DNA from: a virus
Taxonomy: Duplodnaviria; Caudoviricetes
Strand: one strand, 5' to 3'
Length of the DNA stretch: 47,379 nucleotides
IMG/VR virus record: IMGVR_UViG_3300048579_000158
Location: 1-47,379 of that record
The notes below the pieces were generated by a model. It saw only the letters and a list, made by a program, of their open reading frames with translations, was not told the DNA's origin and ran no database searches. Each line of letters begins with the position of its first letter. Within the stretch, counting starts at the first letter, position 1. Positions 9,565 to 16,049 of this stretch are shown here, piece by piece. Position numbers and translations under genes: made by a program.

Positions 9565-9661
9565 TACTTCCCTCCAATGCTGCGAGCGAGCTTCCGCAGG
9601 ACACAACTAGCGGGTGAGTCGCCCGCCCATCAAACCACGGAAGGCAGCATTCCACAGATCG

Positions 9662-9877
9662 CTAGCGATCGGCGTCACTGTCCGGCGGCAGGGCTTCGAG
9701 GACGGCCCTCATCTCCGGCCGGGCCTGGAGCAGTCGGACAACGGTCGCGACAGGACCTGGGACCGCGACAGTCGCCCAATACTGGCCAGTACGCGGCTTT
9801 GAACCCAGCAGCACGGCAAACCCCTCTTGTGTGTATCCAAGCGCCTTTATGGCCAACCGGTACTCCTCGGGTTTCAT
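9662..9877 (-). CDS. Small XRE-like HTH regulator
   Basis: MKPEEYRLAIKALGYTQEGFAVLLGSKPRTGQYW...VPGPVA. Confidence 0.82.
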   Translation of the reverse strand: MKPEEYRLAIKALGYTQEGFAVLLGSKPRTGQYWATVAVPGPVATVVRLLQARPEMRAVLEALPPDSDADR

Positions 9878-9952
9878 GCGTTTACGCCGCCTGTAATTCC
9901 GTTGCTGATACGCAACATTAGGCGCTGCAACCCGGAAAAACAAGCTAGCAAC

Positions 9953-10002
9953 ACGCAATCTTTGTGCTTTTCGCTTGCAGACACGCAAACCTTGCGTATA
10001 GT
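9953..10002 (+). promoter_or_regulatory. Sigma70-type promoter with overlapping palindromic operators
   Basis: -35 TTGCAG 9975-9980, -10 TATAGT 9997-10002. Perfect ACGCAA-N3-TTGCGT at 9983-9997, imperfect copy at 9953-9967, half-site at 9910. Confidence 0.75.
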
Positions 10003-10120
10003 GATTTCTAAGGCAACGGGGACAACCCATTGACCTTTCGACAAAGACGGCACGAACGACCAAAGCGCCAGGGTGGCGAACTAGCTGGGGTCGGGAGGTC
10101 TCGAAAGGACCCTGTGACCA

Positions 10121-10194
10121 GACGATGGTGAAACGGCAGGCCGCAAGGCCCACCGTCGCGGGGTCGCTCCCCGCCTGACGATCCATCGTCAGCG
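10121..10194 (+). ncRNA. Type II hammerhead ribozyme; predicted cleavage after C10157
   Basis: Stem II GACGATGG/CCATCGTC; GAAA 10130-33; stem III ACGG/CCGT capped by GGCC-GCAA-GGCC; GUC triplet; stem I GCGGGG/CCCCGC; CTGACGA core 10175-81; loop I CGCT can pair with 3' tail AGCG. Confidence 0.85.
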
Positions 10195-10222
10195 TGTTAA
10201 GCTCCCTACCATGGAGAAACGG

Positions 10223-10456
10223 ATGTCGATCGACACTCTGGGTTATGTCAAACGGCTCGAAGCAGCCGGGTTCGCACGAGCACAGGCCGAAGCGCAAGCC
10301 GAGGCATTACGGGACGAGCTGGTCCCACAGCTTGCGACCTCGGCAGACCTCGACCGGCTGAGTGACCGGATAGAGGCAACCCTCTGGAAACACACCGTCG
10401 CGATCATTCTCGCGGTGATGGCAGTCGGCGGGTTCCTCTTACGCTTCAACCAGTAA
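10223..10456 (+). CDS. DUF1640/CCDC90-like small coiled-coil membrane-anchored protein
   Basis: IDTLGYVKRLEAAGFARAQAEA...LATSADL with C-terminal TM; GGAG RBS. Confidence 0.8.
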   Translation: MSIDTLGYVKRLEAAGFARAQAEAQAEALRDELVPQLATSADLDRLSDRIEATLWKHTVAIILAVMAVGGFLLRFNQ

Positions 10457-10474
10457 GGCTTGACCACGCAGCGA

Positions 10475-10509
10475 GCCCCGGCGCCCACAAGGTGCCGGGG
10501 TTTTCCTTT
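10475..10509 (+). terminator. Intrinsic terminator
   Basis: CCCCGGCGCC-CACAA-GGTGCCGGGG-TTTTCCTTT. Confidence 0.7.
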
Positions 10510-10588
10510 GCGTAAACGAGTAGGCCCGCCAGGGCTTCGACCTCCTGGCGGGCCATTTTGCGAAGCTCCCTACCAAAGGACTCTTCAC

Positions 10589-10750
10589 ATGATCGACCTT
10601 AGCACGTCTCTCGACCTGACGACCACCGCCGCTTCCATCAGTCTCGGAATGGCCATCGGCCTCGCCGTCGTGGCCCTTGTGATTCACCACGAACGGCGCG
10701 GGCGGCGCCGGCGACGCCGGCAGCGGGCCGATTTCTTCGCGTTCGACTGA
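10589..10750 (+). CDS. Small single-TM protein with Arg-rich tail
   Basis: AAGGA RBS; TM followed by HHERRGRRRRRRQRA. Confidence 0.65.
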   Translation: MIDLSTSLDLTTTAASISLGMAIGLAVVALVIHHERRGRRRRRRQRADFFAFD

Positions 10751-10862
10751 CCCCCAGCGCACAAGCTCATCACTCGCGGCGGGCCTGCGTAGCGGCCCGC
10801 CATCGCACGGAAGGGCCAAGCATCATATGGCCCCACTCACAAAGCCAGAAGGACACGCCGCT

Positions 10863-11075
10863 ATGGCCAACCCAACCGAAGTTGCACATCTCGCGGAGTA
10901 CCTGCTCCACCAACACGACATGGGAGACCCCTGCATCACAAGCCATTCGCTCGCAAAGGTGCTCGCCGACGCTCAGGCGGCTTACCTTTCACCGAACCGT
11001 CCAAGGCTCGCCAACAGGCTGCGGGTTGCGATCGATGATCTGGAGGACCGTCTCGACACCATCGAAGGCCGCTGA
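10863..11075 (+). CDS. Hypothetical protein
   Basis: AAGGA RBS; MANPTEVAH...; stop coincides with the start of the 49-bp repeat. Confidence 0.7.
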   Translation: MANPTEVAHLAEYLLHQHDMGDPCITSHSLAKVLADAQAAYLSPNRPRLANRLRVAIDDLEDRLDTIEGR

Positions 11076-11121
11076 CGCAGCGTTAGGGGCTCTCGCCCAG
11101 GAGAGCCCAGCGCCCTGCGCC
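11073..11121 (+). repeat. 49-bp hairpin repeat, copy 1
   Basis: 48/49 identical to 11636-11684. Confidence 0.95.
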
Positions 11122-11122
11122 G

Positions 11123-11386
11123 ATGCAGGACAACCGAACAGAGGAACCTGACTATGGACATAAGCAACGCCCCAAGACCTACCGCCTGGGCTCGAGCCCC
11201 ATGCTCCACGCACCCGGCATGATCCGCTGGGCGATCAACGGCTACGCCTACAAGCGTGACCGCGACGTGATGACGAAAGTCGTCGTCGAAGGCTGGCGTG
11301 GCGTCCCTGAGGCCGCCGCAAGGGCGCTCCTGAGCAAATCCGTGCCCTTCGAGGTCGAAGGCGACGTCGTTGTGTTCACCGCCTAA
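11123..11386 (+). CDS. Hypothetical protein (true start uncertain; possible frameshift)
   Basis: Phage-like codon usage from KTYRLGSSP onward. The ATG with the best RBS (11154) is out of frame. Confidence 0.55.
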   Translation: MQDNRTEEPDYGHKQRPKTYRLGSSPMLHAPGMIRWAINGYAYKRDRDVMTKVVVEGWRGVPEAAARALLSKSVPFEVEGDVVVFTA

Positions 11387-11401
11387 CCGGGAGACAGAAG
11401 A

Positions 11402-11638
11402 ATGCAGGCCTTCGCTAAACGCAACGACGGGATGAAGTTCGACAACCAAGCGTACTGGCAGCACCGCAGCCACGCTGGTTTCGAGAACACTCTTTTCGTT
11501 CTTCGGACCGCCGCCGCTTGGCGGCTGGACGCCCTTTCCGGACGCCCAGGAACGCCCAAAGACGAACTGATCAAAAAAGCCCGTAGCTGTCTCGACGCTG
11601 CGCGCAGAAGGCCTTTCCACCGCACGCTCCCCGGTTGA
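11402..11638 (+). CDS. Hypothetical protein
   Basis: GGGAG RBS; stop begins repeat copy 2. Confidence 0.6.
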   Translation: MQAFAKRNDGMKFDNQAYWQHRSHAGFENTLFVLRTAAAWRLDALSGRPGTPKDELIKKARSCLDAARRRPFHRTLPG

Positions 11639-11684
11639 CGCAGCGTTCGGGGCTCTCGCCCAGGAGAGCCCAGCGCCCTGCGCC
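11636..11684 (+). repeat. 49-bp hairpin repeat, copy 2
   Basis: See copy 1. Confidence 0.95.
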
Positions 11685-11751
11685 ACCTGCAGGCCACGGT
11701 CGACACGACAATGTCGGCCGGTGGATCAACCCAGCAACGGAGTAACGACGA

Positions 11752-11949
11752 ATGCTGAATGCCGCCCAGATCGCCCACCGCACGGAGGCCGAAAGCCTCC
11801 TCGCAGTGGCACGGTTTGCGCTCTCGCGAGTGCAGGCCATGTGCCTGGAAGTCGAGCAGCGCCGCGATCTCCAGGTCGCCGACGAGCTGCTGGAGGGCGT
11901 CCTGACGCCCCTGACGGCCTCGCTCGACGCTGACAGACCGCCGTCGTGA
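11752..11949 (+). CDS. Hypothetical helical protein
   Basis: GGAG RBS. Confidence 0.65.
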   Translation: MLNAAQIAHRTEAESLLAVARFALSRVQAMCLEVEQRRDLQVADELLEGVLTPLTASLDADRPPS

Positions 11950-12029
11950 GTAGAGTTGGCCCGGGAGGCGCGACAACGCCATCCCGAGCCGGTGTCAATC
12001 ATCCAACCCAGCAAAGGACGGACATCAAC

Positions 12030-13268
12030 ATGACGACTAATACCACCTCTGTGGGATGGCAGGCAATCGCGGCCGTAGAAACGGCGCGCATCGGCTCTGC
12101 CAGCCTCTCTGCCTCGTACTACGCCATGCTCGGCCTCGCAGTGCCTGCGCTTCCTGTCGGCGGCGTGGCGATCCCTGCGGCCGCCATTGGGCTCGGCGCT
12201 CTCGCGGCATCCCTGGACTATATCAAGGGCTCGCTGCTCTCGGTCGGCCTCGGCGGTCGCGGCCACGGCGTCCTGCGGCGGATCACGGCCCTCGCGCTCG
12301 GCGCGGTGCTGTTTGTTGCATCGGGCGTGGCAATCGACGGCGTGATCCTCAAGTTGCGCGCGACCGGCTCTGCCGGGCCGGCCGACGTCATCAAGCGCCA
12401 CGACGATGCGGCCGGTGATCTCAAGGCGGCGAAAGACGAGCTTGAAACGCTGGCCAGCGTGCGCACGACGGACCAAGTGCGCGCGGATATGGATCGCACC
12501 AAGATCGGGCGCAACACGTGGCGCGACACGGCCGAGTGCACCAACTTCACGGGCGACTTGGCGGCCTACCGCAAGGGGTGTCAGCCCATGCTCGATCTGC
12601 GGGTCGAGATGGCCGACGCAATCCGCAAAGGGAACCTCGAGGCAAAGCGCGACGAGTTGCAGGATAAGCTTGACGGGCTCGGTCCCAGGCCGGTCGCGGC
12701 CGACCCTCAGGCGACTGCAATCGCCGCTGTAACGGGTGTCTCGGAGAATTTCGTGTTGCTGGTCCTCGCGGGCATCCTTGGCTTTGCAATCGAGCTCGTC
12801 TCCTGCTTTGGCCGCTATGCGATCGACCGCCCAGCGCCGAGCGCTCCGGACGTTCCGGCGGAACGTCCGGCCGTCGATTCCGCCGGACAATCCGACTATC
12901 CGGCCATGGCGGACCATCCGGCGCTGTTTTCGAACCATCCGAACGTTCCGCCGGAACGTCCGGATGGCGGGGTGAAGGTTCCGGCTGTGCCGAAACGTCC
13001 GGCGCCCAGCGCTCCGGAAGTTCCGGCGGATCATCCGGAGACGGAGACCGCGCGGCGGAAGGCGGATGTCCTGGCCTTCATCAGATCAGAGACCCGTATC
13101 TCCGGACTGATCGAGAGCCAGTCGTATCTGGCGCAGGCAACCGGCACGCCAGACGCGACGCTGTCGGATTGGCTCGCAGAATGGGAGCAGGCCGGGCTGA
13201 TCGTCCGCCGGATGGACGGTCGCCGGAAGGTGATCGCGGCGCCGGAATGTGAGATGGCAGTCGCCTAG
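12030..13268 (+). CDS. Multi-TM coiled-coil protein with Pro-rich linker and C-terminal winged HTH
   Basis: 3 N-terminal TM, coiled coil, one further TM, then SQSYLAQATGTPDATLSDWLAEWEQAGLIVR; AAGGA RBS. Confidence 0.8.
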   Translation: MTTNTTSVGWQAIAAVETARIGSASLSASYYAMLGLAVPALPVGGVAIPAAAIGLGALAASLDYIKGSLLSVGLGGRGHGVLRRITALALGAVLFVASGVAIDGVILKLRATGSAGPADVIKRHDDAAGDLKAAKDELETLASVRTTDQVRADMDRTKIGRNTWRDTAECTNFTGDLAAYRKGCQPMLDLRVEMADAIRKGNLEAKRDELQDKLDGLGPRPVAADPQATAIAAVTGVSENFVLLVLAGILGFAIELVSCFGRYAIDRPAPSAPDVPAERPAVDSAGQSDYPAMADHPALFSNHPNVPPERPDGGVKVPAVPKRPAPSAPEVPADHPETETARRKADVLAFIRSETRISGLIESQSYLAQATGTPDATLSDWLAEWEQAGLIVRRMDGRRKVIAAPECEMAVA

Positions 13269-13293
13269 GACACAGGACATCCCAGCGCGCGAG

Positions 13294-13329
13294 AACCCCG
13301 GAGGCTGAGGCTTCCGGGGTTTTTGTTTC
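13294..13329 (+). terminator. Intrinsic terminator ending the accessory operon
   Basis: AACCCCGGAGGC...GCTTCCGGGG followed by a T-rich tract. Confidence 0.8.
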
Positions 13330-13376
13330 TCTGGAAACGGCGCGGATAGAACACGCGACCGTACTGCCGGTACCGC

Positions 13377-13598
13377 TTACTCTTGCAACCCGTCGTCCTC
13401 GACGGCCGTAATAAATTCTTCGACGCGCGCCTGCAGAGCTTCCCACTTCTTGTGGTGCTCTTTCTCCTTGTCGACGTGGTCTGGGTATGGGCTCGTATAG
13501 CTGCCCTGGAGGGCGACAAGTGCTCGTAGCTCGCCTTTCGCGCGCTCCCATTGCTGAGCCTTCAACGCGTCAGCAATCAGAAACTCCGCCTTAGCCAT
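13377..13598 (-). CDS. Hypothetical helical protein
   Basis: AGGAG RBS. Confidence 0.65.
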   Translation of the reverse strand: MAKAEFLIADALKAQQWERAKGELRALVALQGSYTSPYPDHVDKEKEHHKKWEALQARVEEFITAVEDDGLQE

Positions 13599-13603
13599 TT
13601 CGG

Positions 13604-14218
13604 TCAGCTCCTATATGCATCGCGTTCGACATTCCCTCTATCACGATTTGCCTCGCGCCAAGCGTGGCACTTGACCTTGATCCACCCGCGATTACGCCCG
13701 CTCACGTAAGCTTGGTCGATTTTCTTTGAGACAATGCCCTCGAGCCCACGCTCGTCGAGCGCCGCCAGCAGCAGACCGGGATCGGGAAACGAGGCGGAGA
13801 TCCGCAGCAGCTCGTCGTTCGCCCGCTTGAGTAGCGCGCCGAGCCGCGCGCGACGCGTCACCAACGGCAGCGCGCGCAGATCCCGCCCGTCGATCTCCAT
13901 GAGATCGAAGCACCACGCCACGCGGCTGTGCTTCTGCCCGCCGACGAGCGCCCGGAAATCCGGCCGCCCCTCCGCGTCGAGCGCCACGCCCTCGGCATCG
14001 ATGATGCAGCTTTCACATGGCAGTGCCGCCACGCGCTTGGCGATATCTCGGAACCGCGCTGTAAAATCCTTGCCGTTCTTCGACCAGATCTCCGCGCGAC
14101 CACCGTCTTTGTGAAGCTGCAGGCGGTACCCGTCGAACTTGACCTCGTGCAGCCAGCCCTCGCCGGCGGGCGGCAGCTCCTGCTCCACGGGCTCGGACGG
14201 TTTGATGAATTTCAGCAT
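13604..14218 (-). CDS. ATP-dependent DNA ligase, adenylation domain only (LigD/LigC-like)
   Basis: WLHEVKFDGYR, IIDAE, FDLM, LEGIVSK, YVSGR, WIKVK. Confidence 0.9.
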   Translation of the reverse strand: MLKFIKPSEPVEQELPPAGEGWLHEVKFDGYRLQLHKDGGRAEIWSKNGKDFTARFRDIAKRVAALPCESCIIDAEGVALDAEGRPDFRALVGGQKHSRVAWCFDLMEIDGRDLRALPLVTRRARLGALLKRANDELLRISASFPDPGLLLAALDERGLEGIVSKKIDQAYVSGRNRGWIKVKCHAWREANRDRGNVERDAYRS

Positions 14219-14335
14219 GGGGGACCATTCAATTTAAGGCCCAGCGGAACTCTCAAGCGTCAGCGTGCGTTCCCTCTACGTCACGCGCCCCTTCCCCCCT
14301 CGGAGCGCACGACGATTTCCCCGATCCGACTGCCT

Positions 14336-14365
14336 CCCCCTGGTTCGGCCAGGGGGTCTCTTTTT
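14336..14365 (+). terminator. Hairpin with T-tract on the + strand
   Basis: CCCCCTGG-TTCGG-CCAGGGGG-TCTCTTTTT. Confidence 0.5.
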
Positions 14366-14376
14366 GGGCGCCCCGC

Positions 14377-15096
14377 TCACACGGCCGCGCCGAGCAGATC
14401 CCGCTTCTCGGCGCCGCTCTGCACGATGCGCATGCGCTCGGCATCATAGGTCCGCACCAGGCCGTAGGCGGCATCCGGGCTGCCGGTGAGCCACGTCTCC
14501 CACTCTGCGGGCTCGCTGAGCAGCACGGGCATGCGATCATGCATGATGGTCGCGGTCAGGCTGTTCGGGGCGGTCGTCATGAACGCGTACACGTCGACCT
14601 CGACATCGGGGCCGTCCTTCTTCATCGGCCCCCGGTAGCGCTTCCAGATGCCGGGAAACGCGAACAGCGGTCTCTCTTCCTCGGCCCTTCGGATGCCCAC
14701 TTGCGCATCCGGGCCAGCCGGCGCGGGTGCCGCGCCATTCAAAAGAGCGAACCAGTGCCAGCCCGCCGGGCTGTTGCTGTCCGGCTCGCAGTAGCTCGAC
14801 GCCGGCACGAGGCAGCGGCGCGCCTCGAACGAGGGTCGCCAGAACGGGCTGGTCAGCACCGTGTCATCCCGCACGTTGGTCACAGGTTTCGGAGCGTACC
14901 CCTTGCGGATCAGCGGATAGCCCCACGTGGCGGGCACCAACTCGCGCTCGCCGTCCGAGGCGAGGCGCACGATCGGAGCCACCGACCGCGGGAAGATCGC
15001 GGGCATGGGCTCGAATGCGTAGGCGCGGTTGTCGGAGACGCGGAACAGGTCGGCGATCGCCTGACGGCTGCGGGTGTTGCTGTAGAGGTTGCACAT
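14377..15096 (-). CDS. SOS response-associated peptidase (SRAP/HMCES/YedK family)
   Basis: MCNLY start (catalytic Cys2), WG, NVR, RRCLVPA..YCE, HDRMPVLL. Confidence 0.93.
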   Translation of the reverse strand: MCNLYSNTRSRQAIADLFRVSDNRAYAFEPMPAIFPRSVAPIVRLASDGERELVPATWGYPLIRKGYAPKPVTNVRDDTVLTSPFWRPSFEARRCLVPASSYCEPDSNSPAGWHWFALLNGAAPAPAGPDAQVGIRRAEEERPLFAFPGIWKRYRGPMKKDGPDVEVDVYAFMTTAPNSLTATIMHDRMPVLLSEPAEWETWLTGSPDAAYGLVRTYDAERMRIVQSGAEKRDLLGAAV

Positions 15097-15579
15097 GGCG
15101 TCGAAATTAATGGTCCCAAGAACGGGGTGGAAGTGTTGATCGAAATTAGCCCCGAAAACCCGGCCGTCCAGCTCGTTGCTGATCTCGCACGGCCACACCT
15201 CGCGCCCCGTCCACCGCGTCGGCTCGGAAATGCCGCTGAGGTTGGCGGGCCAGCCAGCATTGTTGAGCTGCGTCGTCGCTCCGAGATGCCCGCAGCGGGT
15301 GCAGCGCGCAGCCCTGCGCAGGCGCTCAAGCGTCGCGTCCGGCCCCCAGCGGACGATCAGCGGCGTGAGCGGGACCGCCGCGAAATGACCGCATCCTGGC
15401 CGCGCGCAGTTGACGTAGATCCAGAGGAAATCGTCGCGTGTTTTCGAGAGCGGACCGGGCCTCTCCGGCGGCGCGCGACGCGCAATGCGAATCCGCCGCT
15501 CGAACTCCTCCCGCCGCGCTTGGACCTCTGCCGGCGTGAGGGATTGGAGGTCCCGGCCGCTCGGAACGCGCTCCGGCAC
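15097..15579 (-). CDS. Zn-finger-like protein reading in frame into SRAP (no stop codon)
   Basis: CARPGCGH...CTRCG; continuous ORF 14377-15579. Confidence 0.65.
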
Positions 15580-15585
15580 GGCAGC

Positions 15586-15780
15586 TCACCCCTCGCACGC
15601 GCCGTTGACGCAGCGGGCGGGCGGCTGCCTCAGCCCCGGCAGCCGGTCTCCGTCGTAGGCGGCGACGAGATCGGTTGCGGCCAGCACGGCGCGCGTGAGG
15701 CGGCCGACGTCGGCATGCACGATACCTTGCCGCTCCAGCTCGTCGAACAATGCGGCGTGTGTACGGGCGAATTTCGTCAT
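15586..15780 (-). CDS. Small hypothetical protein, first gene of the SOS operon
   Basis: GGGAG RBS; MTKFARTH...CVNGACEG. Confidence 0.6.
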   Translation of the reverse strand: MTKFARTHAALFDELERQGIVHADVGRLTRAVLAATDLVAAYDGDRLPGLRQPPARCVNGACEG

Positions 15781-15827
15781 GGCGGGCTCCCATAGTTGAT
15801 GGTTGCCCGGCCTCGATAGCACATAAA

Positions 15828-15842
15828 GAACAAAAAGGGAAC
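15828..15842. promoter_or_regulatory. Alphaproteobacterial LexA box (GTTC-N7-GTTC on the - strand)
   Basis: GAAC AAAAAGG GAAC, with TTGACT -35 at 15860-15855 on the - strand. Confidence 0.85.
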
Positions 15843-16049
15843 ACTTGCTAGGCAAGTCAAAATATAGAGGGCGAGCGCCGCGAGGTGCCCGCCCTTATCA
15901 CCAGACAACGGGCAAGCTCGCATCAAATCCCCAGCGCCCGACGAATGGCCTGCTCGCGGCAGGTGTTCCAGATCAATTCGCAGAGTACTCCCGTCTCCGC
16001 CGTCCGGGCGCGCCGCCACCATTGTTTCGCGCGGAGATCGAAGACTAGC

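Noticed and set aside
10100-10195. Second hammerhead on the - strand (CTGACGA also reads there)
   Set aside because: No correctly placed GAAA or stems on that strand.
11073-11684. Integron attC sites or IS ends
   Set aside because: No RYYYAAC/GTTRRRY pairing at the repeat ends, and no IntI or transposase.
14221-15117. Imperfect inverted repeat GGGACCATT(C)AATTT flanking SRAP, suggesting an invertible segment
   Set aside because: Only 9 bp exact, no invertase nearby; compatible with chance.
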